Source: Octopus bimaculoides (lineage: Eukaryota). Taken from it: a DNA stretch of 64,000 nt. A model generated the notes under the pieces. It was given only the letters and a program-made list of their open reading frames with translations, searched no databases and had not been told where the DNA came from. Below, piece after piece: positions 39,640 through 52,554 of the stretch (the stretch's first letter is position 1; each line of letters begins with the position of its first letter). The DNA lies in assembly GCF_001194135.2 (NCBI RefSeq), contig NC_068983.1, forward strand, positions 161,080,773 through 161,144,772. Direction: 5' to 3'. Position numbers and translations under genes: made by a program.

Positions 39640-41290
39640 TTTATCATGCAGCTTTGCTATTAGTTCCAAGTTGACAAATTTTATCATTGTTTTGATGAAA
39701 ATTGTTCATAGTGCAAATAATGTATCGCTCACGGTGACGTTGCAGAGAATAGAGTTTCAGCTGTTTAAGTCGAACCCAATAACCAAGTCCCATCATGCCA
39801 TTTATTTTTGTTTTAGTGATTGATCTTTGTGGCGCTTCGATCCTCATTATGTCTTGTTTTTTGTAGGGCCACCACAATGGGCAGCAGTAATCGAGGTGGG
39901 GCCTAGTGAATGTAGAAAGGAGAAGGATATAATGGTTTCATGATACCTAGATTGAAAAGTTCTGAGGATCCATGAGCACATTCTGCGGGCAACATCGACT
40001 TTTTTGTTGATGTGCACACTCCAGCTAAGGTTGCTGTCGATAGTTACACCTAAGTCTCTGATATCTGACGGTTCCAGTAGATCTCCCGACGGTAGTGTAT
40101 ATGGTTGTTTGAGTGTGCCTTCTTTTCCATAGTGGATGATCTCGAATTTTTCTTCGTTCAACTGCATGTTTTTTTTTTTGTGCCCACTGGGTTACTGCGC
40201 ATAGGTCCAATTGAAGCATCGTTCGATCATACGCTCCCTTAATGACTTTCTGGAGCTTAGAGTCATTTGCAAATATTTTAATGGTGCTATGTTCAATGGA
40301 ATCTGTAATGTGATTGATATAGACAATAAAAAGAAGTGGACCCAGCACAGTACCCTATGGGACTCCGCTGATGATTTTTGCTGGTCTTGAGTGAATGCCA
40401 TCAACCACAACATGTTAGGTCCTGCTTGTTGGGAAATACATAATCCATTAATGTAGTTTTCCAGCAACTCCAGTGTTGGATAGTTTCCTTAACAGTATAT
40501 TGTGGTCGACTCTGTCAAAGAACTTGCTGAAATCAAGGTATATGACATCCGCGTTGGAGCCCTCACTTAGTGCATTTAAGATGTCATGAAATTAGTGGAG
40601 GAGCTGTGTTAGACAGTCCCTCTTACCATGAAAGCTATGCTGGTTGCAATTTCGGAGACGATTTTGTTCTAGGAAAGCTGTTATTCTTGATCTCAACACT
40701 CAAATACTTTGATGATTTATGAGATGAGTGAGATGGGACGGTAGTTTATAGGGGGCGATTTATTCTCCTTTCTAAAGATAGGAATGATTGACTGGGAGAG
40801 AAGGTTTTGAGGGATAAAACCGGCATCCAGTGATTTCCTCCAGAAATTTGTAAGAGGAACTGCAATTTGCTGTTTGCATTCCTTCAGCACTCTAGCAGGG
40901 AACCTGTCCAGACCCACTGTTGAATCTTTTATTGCTGCTAGGATATCAGTGGCGTCGAAGGTTATGTCGGAAAGGACATGTTGGAGATTGAAAGAAGCAA
41001 AGCTGCTTGAATCGACTCTATCAGGATCACTGAAGACAGAGCAGTATTGACTTTGCAGGATCTCAGCCATGTCTTTGGCATCACTGTGAAGGATGCCGTT
41101 TTCATCAACCAGTGGGCTAATAGAGGAAACTGTGATCCTACCTGTTGCGGCAAAGGCACAAAAGACCTTTGCAAAATACCGAAAGGAACTTCACCTCTTA
41201 TATCGCACCTTTCTTCCTCCTTTAACGTCGATGTGATATAATTTCTTGGGAGAGAAATACTTTTGCGGCTGAAGATAGCTTTGTATTGGC
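39640..41290 (-). mobile_element. CR1-like LINE, 5'-truncated and frameshifted RT region
   Basis: MAEILQSQYCSVFS; IIPIFRKENKSPPINYRPISL; DVIYLDFSKFFDRVDH; GVP.GTVLGPLLFIVYIN; IFANDSKL; RDLGVTIDSNLSWSVHI; YSLQRHRERY. Confidence 0.93.
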
Positions 41291-42307
41291 AATTATACAC
41301 TGATATAAAGCTTGAAACACGTGTACCGCAGAATCCTTTGTGTTTTTGTTGTTAATTTTTGCATTTACAATTTATATATATATATATATATNNNNNNNNN
41401 NNNNNNNNNNNNNNNNNNNNNNNNNNNNNNNNNNNNNNNNNNNNNNNNNNNNNNNNNNNNNNNNNNNNNNNNNNNNNNNNNNNNNNNNNNNNNNNNNNNN
41501 NNNNNNNNNNNNNNNNNNNNNNNNNNNNNNNNNNNNNNNNNNNNNNNNNNNNNNNNNNNNNNNNNNNNNNNNNNNNNNNNNNNNNNNNNNNNNNNNNNNN
41601 NNNNNNNNNNNNNNNNNNNNNNNNNNNNNNNNNNNNNNNNNNNNNNNNNNNNNNNNNNNNNNNNNNNNNNNNNNNNNNNNNNNNNNNNNNNNNNNNNNNN
41701 NNNNNNNNNNNNNNNNNNNNNNNNNNNNNNNNNNNNNNNNNNNNNNNNNNNNNNNNNNNNNNNNNNNNNNNNNNNNNNNNNNNNNNNNNNNNNNNNNNNN
41801 NNNNNNNNNNNNNNNNNNNNNNNNNNNNNNNNNNNNNNNNNNNNNNNNNNNNNNNNNNNNNNNNNNNNNNNNNNNNNNNNNNNNNNNNNNNNNNNNNNNN
41901 NNNNNNNNNNNNNNNNNNNNNNNNNNNNNNNNNNNNNNNNNNNNNNNNNNNNTACTTCTTGTATTAGCGTGTGATGTGGTCAAGTATTCCACATATATAT
42001 ATGTGCTCCTAATGCAATGCTGACCTTATGAATTACAGGTATAATCCATCCGAAGGGCTTCCACACATTTTCTGACTTTACAGTTTCATTTGACAGTCAT
42101 GGTTCGATCCGTGACTATGGCAGGAGAAACTTGCCCGAAATATTTCGCAGTAGAATTCTGAGACATCATTATAACGGACTGAATTAATAACTACCCACCC
42201 ATGTCACACACACACACACACACACACATACTGAACTAATAATTCCTGAAACGAAGAAAAAGAGAGAGAGAGAAACTCAAATACTTTTTAATATTCCTGT
42301 CAATTAT

Positions 42308-42471
42308 AGGTACAAGTCTCGAAATTTGGAGGGTATCGACTCCGCTGCTTCACTGCTCTTATTTCATCGACTCCGAAAGGATTAACTGAATTTCAATTCA
42401 GAACGTAAAGAGGACGAAATACCGCTAAGCATTTTGTCCGGCGTGCTAATGATTCTTCCATCTCGCCACCT
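42308..42471 (-). mobile_element. SINE family A, old
   Basis: cagaacgtaaagaggacgaaataccgctaagcattttgtccggcgtgctaa. Confidence 0.8.
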
Positions 42472-42551
42472 TCGTATTACTTAATATCAATTAAAGTTTT
42501 TCTTGTATGCCTTGAAGTAAAATCTGTTAATTAAAAAAGAAAGTACATCAG

Positions 42552-42770
42552 CCAGCTGGCAGAAGCGTTGGCAAGTCGGGCAAAATGCTTAGCGGTATTC
42601 TGTCCGTCCATATTTTTTGAATTCATATTCCGCCAAGTTCGACTTTACTTTTCATTCGTCTGGGGTCGATAAAATAAGTACCAGTTGAACACTGGAGTCA
42701 ATGTAATCGACTTAGCCCCCTTTCCAGAAATTTCGGCCTTGTGCCAAAATTTGAAACCATTTGAAACCAA
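42552..42770 (+). mobile_element. SINE family A
   Basis: gctggcagaagcgttggc..ggggtcgataaaataagtaccagttgaacactgg..ggccttgtgccaaaatttgaaacc. Confidence 0.85.
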
Positions 42771-43050
42771 ATAAGAAAGAATATGGCCAAGGATTGGACC
42801 AAGTCCACAATTCAGTTTCGATTCCTGAAGGAAACCACGATATGGCTTCGATTTCTGATCGAAACGTATGAAGGTAACGAAATCCACTGTACCCAGCTTT
42901 AGAAATTGTGGCTATTCATGCTTAGTTAAAAGTAAGCACAATAATTTTTATTCATTTCTAATTGAATTTGTTGCGCGTAACTCTTATTACTCTCTTTGGG
43001 AAGTACTTCAACATCAATTGTGATTTTTCTTCTTCCCTGAAATGCAAGAA

Positions 43051-43230
43051 GGCGGCTAGCTGGCGGAATTCTTAGCACGTTGGACAAAATACTTATCGGC
43101 GTCTTTTCCTGTGCATTACGTTCTGAGATCAAATCCCAGCGAGGTCAATTTTACTTTTCATCCCTTTGGGGTCGGTTAGGTAAAGTACCAATGAAGTAAT
43201 GGTGTCGATGCAATTAACTTGTTTCTCCCC
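43051..43230 (+). mobile_element. SINE family A, old
   Basis: ggcggctagctggcggaattcttagcacg..ttacgttctgagatcaaatc. Confidence 0.75.
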
Positions 43231-44174
43231 TACTCTCATCATTGCTGGCTTTGAATCCTGCATCCGTTCGGTAGAATGTTGTGGTCCCTTATACGGGAAA
43301 TCGGATAACGAGCCCTATGAGTCATAAGGCAAAAACAAAACAAAGAAGTCATAATAAATAAAATACAAACTATGTACAGCTTATCGAAAGGAAAATATTT
43401 GTCTAAAATCGCAACGCGAAAACCCTTGGAAAAAAATTTCATAGTCAAGTCACCCCATTTTTCCATCACATAAATATTGAGCATTGCGTCTTGTCAGATT
43501 TTTTTTTAATGAAACGAGTGCCATAGACCAAAATGCTTGCTCATGACAAGTCGAATTCATTACGTGGTTTCGATTACCGAATTACAAAAAATTCATTTCA
43601 TTTACGCAGCTAATGTATTTGAAAGAAAACACGAGAACCACAAGCGTGCAGTTTTGTTTTTTTTACTCAATTACAGGGTTTTTATACCATAGCCGAAAGG
43701 AACTAAAATTATTGTCCCATATTCCTTACTTCTAAAATCCCCGAGAAAGGCATAAACGTCACCACATTTCTTTGTACTCGCTCAAAAGAGAAATCAATAT
43801 TACTATTCTGTTTTAATTAGACAAGGCAACAAGAACACATAAAACAATAGTTAAGACGGCTAAGTAATAAACATATTTGGTGTATGGTAATTAGCTTTGG
43901 CGACGAGCTCCAGAATGTAATAAGGCGCCAAAAGAGAAACGCTACTTTAGCTAGCCGAAATCAAATATGTAAAGAAACATTTTGTTGCTTTTCTTTCTTT
44001 CTTTCTTTCTTTCTTTCTTTCATCCATTATTTATTTATTTATTTATTTACTTATTTGTTTATTTACTTATTTGTTTATTTTCTTGTGTTTATTGGTGAGA
44101 TTATGGTCTCCTTTAACTTTGTTTCTGTTTGTTTCCGTTTTAATTCTAGTATCGTAAAAAGAACAGACAACAAA

Positions 44175-44206
<32 letters not shown>

Positions 44207-44221
44207 GTAGTAGTAGTAGTA

Positions 44222-44269
<48 letters not shown>

Positions 44270-44984
44270 TAGTAGTGGTAGTAGTAGTAGTAATCTGTTC
44301 TTTGTACAAAGCGAAAATACATTACAATATAGTCTATTACACTAAAACATAAAATAGGGCCTACTATAAATGTATGCGTGCGTGTACGGACCTACAGACA
44401 TACACACACACATGCACATATACACACACATACATACATACATACATGCATNNNNNNNNNNNNNNNNNNNNNNNNNNNNNNNNNNNNNNNNNNNNNNNNN
44501 NNNNNNNNNNNNNNNNNNNNNNNNNNNNNNNNNNNNNNNNNNNNNNNNNNNNNNNNNNNNNNNNNNNNNNNNNNNNNNNNNNNNNNNNNNNNNNNNNNNN
44601 NNNNNNNNNNNNNNNNNNNNNNNNNNNNNNNNNNNNNNNNNNNNNNNNNNNNNNNNNNNNNNNNNNNNNNNNNNNNNNNNNNNNNNNNNNNNNNNNNNNN
44701 NNNNNNNNNNNNNNNNNNNNNNNNNNNNNNNNNNNNNNNNNNNNNNNNNNNNNNNNNNNNNNNNNNNNNNNNNNNNNNNNNNNNNNNNNNNNNNNNNNNN
44801 NNNNNNNNNNNNNNNNNNNNNNNNNNNNNNNNNNNNNNNNNNNNNNNNNNNNNNNNNNNNNNNNNNNNNNNNNNNNNNNNNNNNNNNNNNNNNNNNNNNN
44901 NNNNNNNNNNNNNNNNNNNNNNNNNNNNNNNNNNNNNNNNNNNNNNNNNNNNNNNNNNNNNNNNNNNNNNNNNNNNNNNNNNNN

Positions 44985-45340
44985 TAATAAATTACGCTGT
45001 GCGTATCTATGTGTGTAACAAATTTAGAGTTCGGATTCTAGAGTTAGGGTTAGTTTTAGGGTTAGGGTTAGGGTTAACAGTCTAGTTAGGGTTAGGGTTA
45101 GGGGATTAATACGATATACACCGTTACAGCGCTAACTGTTTTCAACTGAATAGACGTCAGTGATTAGTAGAAATTATCGAAATAAGACAATTTTTTACAT
45201 GAAATAAATTCGAATACAAAAATATTTTTCTGTTCTATAACACAAAATAGATAAGTATACGAAGTTTGAAAGTCTTTCCGTACCAAAAACACTACATAAA
45301 ACATAAATGAAAACTGGTGCCCCCGTTTTAAAATAGATCC
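44985..45340 (-). mobile_element. GG..CC MITE, subfamily 1, with (TTAGGG)n (other end in gap)
   Basis: Near-identical reverse complement of 21035-21390; ends ggtgcccccgttttaaaatagatcc. Confidence 0.92.
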
Positions 45341-47279
45341 CTTTCCTGCACTATATTTATTGTGAAATCCCTTCCCCATGAAATATAATAATTAAACACC
45401 AACTTGAAGATACGAAATGCGAGGCAGAACATTCACGTCACACGAGTGAAAACGATATCAAAATTCGATATGTGTTTGAATAAAAGATAATACTGTGGAA
45501 AGTGTATTTCTATTAAAGTCGCATAGTATACTGTTCATCACAACTAGAACATCCACAAGAAGACATGGGAACGATTCACACCAGATTTTCAAAAGCTTGT
45601 TTGCTTTCATACACATATAATTTATAAAAGCAAGCTTCACTTCGTTTAAGATATGTATACATGAAGTCGACATTAATCCTCGTTTAATCAACAATGAATA
45701 TAATTCAATTGAAGTATAAGTGGAATTTTTAAACGAATAAGAAAATGACAATCACACTGCAGGCTTTAGAGCGACACAAAACCGTAAACAAGCTTCCTTT
45801 TCAGCCTTGGACTAAAAATTATAAGAGCGAATTTTTCAACTTCTACGAGGTCGCCTGCTACGACTGCTACGAGGTCGCCTGATCTTACAGAAATAGCTAC
45901 CAAATTTTCCTCAAAATACATCCTACCTTGTAAAGGAGAAAAGGACGAAGAGCCTAATGAGGCTCTGGATGACTGAAATGAAATTTAACGAGATGATCAC
46001 AGCAAGAATGCTTTTCATTGTCAGCCCATACAATAAGGTTTGAGCTGATGCCAAACAACATTTCGTAAAATCCGTACGCGGAGACGGAATTTTTCGGTAA
46101 CTCTTTTTTCTCATCAAAGGATGATAAAATATTTTGAGGAGTTTTCTCTGATAAGAAAAAAATGGAGTCAAACAATAATTGACTCTTTTCTACAAACGAT
46201 AACTGCTTACTAGGGTGCATGACGACATACACCAAGATAACCACTTCAAATTTAAGCTGTCATAGATGTTTGGTCATTCGTTCTGCCAGGAATAACATTC
46301 AAATCTTTAAATCCATCATGTTACAAATAAAGGACGCGTTTATAACGTAGTCCTTGATATAATCTCTGGAAATATGGGATGGTTGAGGTTGTAAAACATT
46401 TGATAACAGATAAAATTATTCCTGGCATCTTGAAGCTAATCAACAATAACTTTTGACAAATTTTGTGTCAACTCACCAACAGTCACAAACTTGGTGGCCG
46501 TTTCACTATAATGCATTTAAACGACAGAAGAGAAGGGAAAAATACCTTGATACATTCTATAAGCTCATTCGTTTCCTAAAATACAGTAACACCATTTGAT
46601 TACTTGCCAAGAAGATCTTTAATTTTGTAGACCCCCACCTTACTCCTTATTTGTTGTTCTTCAGTCACAGAAGATGTGTAAGTAGCATTACGGCTGAAAG
46701 AAAAGCCAAGTACATCTGATGGTTATTTTGTTTCAAACTCCAAACAGCACAAAACAATTGCCCTCAAAACGTTCCTTCTCCACTCCACCGTCACTTATGA
46801 AACATTCGTTCACTTTAACTCTACAAAGTAATCAACGTTATGGTGTTTCATCTCCTCCCCCTCTCTCTCTCTCTCTCTCNNNNNNNNNNNNNNNNNNNNN
46901 NNNNNNNNNNNNNNNNNNNNNNNNNNNNNNNNNNNNNNNNNNNNNNNNNNNNNNNNNNNNNNNNNNNNNNNNNNNNNNNNNNNNNNNNAGAGAATTCCTA
47001 AATTAACTTGTATTGTCACCAAAAGCTTAGTTTTAATCTTTCTCTTTCAAATTACAACCCCCCCCCCACCAAAAAAAATTATTTAACATATGGACTGATA
47101 CTACAACATACTCCGTTGTAAAACTCGAGCAACTCTCTCAAAGTGCCATCTATCAGTCATCTGTCTCCATTCATCCTAAGTTCCATCTTACAGTTAATGG
47201 AACTAGGCGTTATCAACGACCTGTTTTAAGTCTTTAAATCTTTTTCTCTTCTCAGTTATCACAAGTAACTCTTCTGTAG

Positions 47280-47830
47280 AACCAGCTCAACTAGAAGCTT
47301 TGCAAGATCACACCAGTTGTTTCTTGCTCCTGAACTTAATGAAAAGAATGTCATTACTCTTGAAATCGACAAAAATTTCGACTCCTTAACACAGTAACCT
47401 TCAGGCTAAACTGCTCGCAAATGGCTTCCACCTGTCTTAGATCGAGTGTTACCTATCAAACTGCACCATTGCAAAATGCACTGGTTCTCTCTATATTACC
47501 TCTCTCTCCCAACTCAATCAGTATGGGTGTGCAACAACAATCGGTAATAATGTCTCCCATAAACTTTTCTCTGTACATTAATGATCTACATGATGGTACT
47601 TATAGCTGATTACACTCTTATACAGATGATAATCCACTTCATACCTCCTTAAACCTCAGTACACAGGCGTCACTCACACTTAAGTGAGACACCTCATACA
47701 GCGTATGTATATATTTCTTGTTCAATGACCTCAAAAAAATCCTCCAATAAGTACATGATAAACTTGTTTCCTTCACAATTACTAAACACACCAAAGAAAC
47801 TGTGTTACACTACACTTTCTCTTTGGGTAA
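47280..47830 (+). mobile_element. Old CR1/Jockey-group LINE RT fragment
   Basis: VITLEIDKNFDS (ALDISKAFD-like); GVQQQSVIMSPINFSLYINDL; HSYTDDNPLH (YADD-like). Confidence 0.72.
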
Positions 47831-48783
47831 ATAATATTCAAATTAAAGTCAGCAAGATCGTTTAGATTTCATAATCTCTGATAATCACTCATGGTGACTT
47901 TGATATAAGAAACGGATCGCGAAATGTTTGCCAAGGCAAGCTAGACGATCATAAGGTAATTTTTTTTTGTTTTTTTTGCTGTATTTTTTTTTTTATGGCC
48001 ATGTTCAAAGCGAGATAGAAAACCTAAGACAATGGAATTTCAAAATAAAACAACTTCTTCAATTCAGAAATTGCTTGTGTTTTATTATATGACATATGAT
48101 TGTGGTGGATGTAGTTTTGTTTGTACTATAGAGTTAGCAATGTGTGGTTTTATTGTGTAGATGTCAGTCTTCGGTTGGCAAGCTCATACTGGAAAGAAGG
48201 CATTCGTTTAGACCATATCAATACCCTTGATCCCGGAGGTGTGGAGATGGGGAGCAACCTCTCCCTCTCCATCTTTTCCTTCCGCTTCAAGAGAAAACTT
48301 ACAGAAAAAAACTGATGAGGGACTGATCGAAAAGGAAAGTGTTTTTATTAAAGCTAAGTATAAAACACGTGTCAAATATGGCGACCTTTACACACAAGAT
48401 GGCGGAAAAGCCTATATTTTGATCGATCTGTTTCAAAGCTTACTTCGGAGAACTAACTGCTTTGTTCTCATTTTCATACAGAAGTGGATTCCTTCAGTGG
48501 CGAACTTCCTACCGCCTATGGGTACTTGGTGGGAAAATATTCAAAAAAGCTACTTCTCCAAGTTAATCCACCTAAAGCTCTTAAACTTAAGAATATCTTT
48601 CTGTAATTCTTTTAAAAATCTTAACAGTCAAGTTGTTGTCCATTCAGAGAATGTTTTTCAGACCATTATTATTTGCTTCAGAACTGAAAATAGGTAGCAT
48701 TTTCTGGTTTTTAAACAAGGAAATGTCGGACCAAGCCAAAAGTCCTAGACAACCAGCAGACACACATAGCATCCTCTTGATAT

Positions 48784-48846
48784 TGTGATCCTCTTGATAC
48801 AGGAGGACATTAGCGCTAAATGTCCTCCTATATCAAGAGGATCACA
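48784..48846. repeat. 63-bp near-perfect palindrome
   Basis: tgtgatcctcttgatacaggaggacatt-agcgct-a-aatgtcctcctatatcaagaggatcaca; one mismatch and one extra base. Confidence 0.92.
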
Positions 48847-48881
48847 TCAGTATCATTCTTTGAAGATATTATAACTTTTGA

Positions 48882-48922
<41 letters not shown>

Positions 48923-49328
48923 GACGCGAGGATGAAGAATCGCTAGCAGGCCGGGCAAAATGCTTAGCGGCATTTCGCCGTCTTTACATTCTGAGTTCGA
49001 ATTCCTCCGAGGTTGACTTTGCTTTTCATGCTTTCGGGGTCAATAAATTAAGTACCAGTTGAGTACTGGGGTCGATGCAATTGACTATTCCCCATTACAA
49101 AATTTCAGGCCTAGTGCCTACAGTATTGATAGAAATGTTACCGCGCTGGGCAAATTCCTTAACGGTATTTCATCGATTTTCACATTCTGAGTTCAAGTGC
49201 CGCCGAGGTCGACTTTGCCTTTCATTGTTTCGGGCTCAAAAAGCAAGCACCAGTGGAGTACTGGGGTTCATGTAATCGACTTACACCCCTCCTCCGAAAC
49301 TGCTGGCCTTGTGTCAAAATTTGAAACT
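48923..49328 (+). mobile_element. Two tandem SINE family A copies
   Basis: Two successive head-body-tail matches, following an (ATT)n tract. Confidence 0.85.
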
Positions 49329-49946
49329 AATACTATATACCATGTATTTTTATCATTCCATTCTCTGTAAGTCCCCATACTTTATGTCCCTCTTTGTATT
49401 GTACTCTTCATCTGCCACTCTGGCGACAAATAAAAGAATTCATCGCATCGTCGTCATCATCATCATCATCATCATTATCATCATCATCATCATCACCATT
49501 ACTATTGTTATGTTTAGTATTGTAAATGAGCTTTTTGTTTAGGATACGACCTTTCTTGTGGAAGTTCAAAACAAAACAAGCAAAAACTGGGTAACATAGG
49601 AAAATATTGAACAAAAATAAAAGATGAAAAGACACAAAATGATAGAAAGTTTAACGGATAAAATTACTACAACTATTACTACTAAAATTCTGTTACTAGC
49701 AACAGTTAGCATCAACCTACTATATACAAGTAAAATTAACCCACACACTTGAATTTTTAAACGAAACCCTATCTATTACAAAATAAGCATTAAAAATATC
49801 AAAATCCATTTGAAAATAAACATCAAAATGATCAGGCTTCTAATATTGTATTATCCTCAAGTAGTCAAATGGTACCAGATTATAACTGCATCATCACACC
49901 GAGTTGATTCACAAGACGAGTGAGTTATTATTGAGTGAGTCAGTAA

Positions 49947-49986
<40 letters not shown>

Positions 49987-50664
49987 GAGAGAGAAAGCGG
50001 TGAGGAAAAAGATGAGAGAGAGACGGTGAGAAAAAGCAAGAGGTGTGAGGGAATGGGAGAAATAGAGAAAGATAGACAGAGAGAGAGAGAAAGATAGACA
50101 GAGAGAGAGAAAGATAGACGCAGAGAGAGAAAGATAGACACAGAGAGAGAAAGAAAGTGTACGTAGTAAAGAGAAGATGAGAGAGATGGTGAGAAAGAGT
50201 AAGATAAGTGTAAGAGAATGAGAGAAATAGAGAGACGGGACAGAAAGTGGTAAGAAAAAGAGAGAAATAGAGAGAGAGAGAAAGAGATGCAAACAGACAG
50301 AGAAAGAGAGAGGGAGACTAAATCAGACGTAAATCAGACGTATTACATGCGATAGTAAGGATAGGAAGACGGGTAGAGACATTACCAATCATTTGTAAAT
50401 TAATGCGAAATTAGCAGAAATAATGTAAGCACATCCGAAATGAAATTGAAATAATAACAGAATAAAGTATAGCACATAAAAAAATGTGTCTCGTGTTGAA
50501 ATCATATAATATCTGTTAAATAAAGCGTCCATAGTCAGGGCGTCTCGCTGTTGGTGACCAAGAGCCATTTCTCTGGGAATTTCACTTAAAAACCAATTTA
50601 GATGATATGAAATTGACCAAAGGCTACTACCTCATTGCTTATGTATATCTGCATACATTACACA

Positions 50665-50709
<45 letters not shown>

Positions 50710-50924
50710 ATCTATGTACGTGTGTATGTATATTTATACATATACTCACACATATTTATACGCATGTACATGCACATATATGTGTCTGTGTATTTAACTT
50801 CATGTGTATATGTATATGTGTATGCAAGCGCACTTGTATGCATATATATATATATCCCGATAAATATGTGTATATGTGTGTGTACTGGTAACACAAGACG
50901 ATGATGACGTTGGTAGTAGTAGTA

Positions 50925-50980
<56 letters not shown>

Positions 50981-50983
<3 letters not shown>

Positions 50984-51132
50984 ACACTTTCAATACAGTA
51001 ACCATAAGAGCATCACAGCAAACCACAGCACATACCCAAGGCACACAGAGCTGCGCTCGGTAGTGAAGTGAATGCACGTTATAAAAATAAAACTACTGAA
51101 CAATAATAATAATAATAATAATAATAATAATT
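50981..51132 (+). mobile_element. Extremely truncated R4/Dong-like 3' end (KTLSIQ* plus 3' UTR plus (AAT)n)
   Basis: Flanked by (TAA)n on both sides; 3' UTR matches 52555-52698. Confidence 0.7.
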
Positions 51133-51575
51133 GAGAGTCAACCTTAGGAATAAGCAAGTGCCTCCGTTGTGCTGCATCTGGAATAGAGTGAATGAAACCA
51201 TTGCCCATATCACGAACAAATGCCTTAGACTTGCCAAAAACCACTACAAGTTGTGACGACACGACCAGGTAGCGAAAGTGCTACATTGGTAACTGCGATC
51301 ATACCAGTAGTAATTGGTGCGTTGGGAATGCTAAAGAAGGGAGCTGAGAAGTATATTAAGCAACTCCCTGGAAACTCCAATCTCCGTGAACTACAAAAGA
51401 TAACCTTGATGGGTACAGCCCATATACCACGGAAAGCACTTTCCATCTAAAATGGAATAAATGAGGTGATAATTTTAGCATCCATAGCAAAACAAACGTG
51501 CCTTTGCTACTCTTGTCCTCCGGAGGACGCCCTGTACTAAGCTGAAATAAAATTATAATGAAAAGAAACCATTAA
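51133..51575 (+). mobile_element. R4/Dong-like fragment with deleted endonuclease core
   Basis: PLCCIWNRVNETIAHI..RHDQVAKVLHW fused directly to IPVVIGALGMLKK..LQKITLMGTAHIPRKALSI*. Confidence 0.85.
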
Positions 51576-51584
51576 TAATGGCCA

Positions 51585-51962
51585 CGAATGAGCAAGCGTC
51601 TCCATTGTGCCGCATCTGCAATAGGGTGGATGAAACCATTGCCCATATCACGAACGAATACTCTAGACTTGCCTAAAACCATTACAATTTGTGGTGACAC
51701 GACCATGTAGCGAAAGTGCTTCATTGGAAACTGTGCGAAAAGTGGGGACTAGGGAGATGCAAGACGTGGTATGAGCACAAACCGCAGAATGTGGCGGAGT
51801 CGGAGACTAGCAAAATCCTCAGGGATTTCCCAATCCAAACAGATCGGGTACTAGGGAGCATAACAGACCGGACCTAGTGGTGATGGACAAGGTGCACCAC
51901 ATATGCTATATACCTGATGCTGCATACCCCTTTGACTCACGAATTGTCAAGAAAGAAGGCGA

Positions 51963-52016
<54 letters not shown>

Positions 52017-52425
52017 TAAACCCTCTTAACTACTAAATAGCCCCGTTATGGAAAATGAAGACGGTGAAGACAGTGCCAATTATTGTTGGTTCCTTGAGGA
52101 CAGTATAAGAAGGCACCAAGAGGAATATAAAGGAAAATGGAATAGAGTGCCCAGTAGAACTGTTACAAAAGGTTTGCCTCCTTGGCACGGTCAGAATAAT
52201 CAGGAAAGTACTAGATAGCCGAAAAGAATGGATAGCATAGTGCCATAGACTGCAGGTAGCAAGCCCGCGACGCATGCAAGACTCTAGGAGCTCCAACAAA
52301 ACCTGTGACAAAGAGAGAAGAAGAAGAAGAAGAAGAAGAAGAAGAAGAAGAAGAAGAAGAAGAAGAAGAAGAAGAAGAAGAAGAAGAAGAAGAAGAAGAA
52401 GAAGAAGAAGAAGAAGAAGAAGAAG
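51585..52425 (+). mobile_element. R4/Dong-like RLE element 3' end with (GAA)n tail
   Basis: PLCRICNRVDETIAHI; HDHVAKVLHWKLCEKWGL; KILRDFPIQTDR..HNRPDLVVMDK; EKIDR; IAPLWKMKTVKTVPIIVGSL; LLQKVCLLGTVRIIRKVL. Confidence 0.9.
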
Positions 52426-52426
52426 A

Positions 52427-52550
52427 ATGGTTTCAAATTTTGGTGCAAGGCAAGCAATTTCGGGGGTGGGATTAAGTCGATTTCATCGATCCCAGTGTTC
52501 GAGTCGACCTCAGCGGAATTTCAACTCGGAACCTGAAGACAGACGTGATG
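52427..52550 (-). mobile_element. SINE family A fragment
   Basis: tttcaaattttggtgcaaggc..gtcgacctcagcggaattt. Confidence 0.75.
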
Positions 52551-52554
52551 CTTC

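Noticed and set aside
45044-45105. (TTAGGG)n tracts as a real telomere or chromosome-fusion scar (also 21271 and 59681)
   Set aside because: They are short, interrupted and lie at the same position inside copies of one MITE.
45954-46244. 96-aa minus-strand ORF
   Set aside because: No recognisable motif and no convincing splice donor; length is within the chance range.
48227-48697. 156-aa ORF
   Set aside because: Non-ATG start, no recognisable domain and AT-rich non-coding-like composition in the 3' half.
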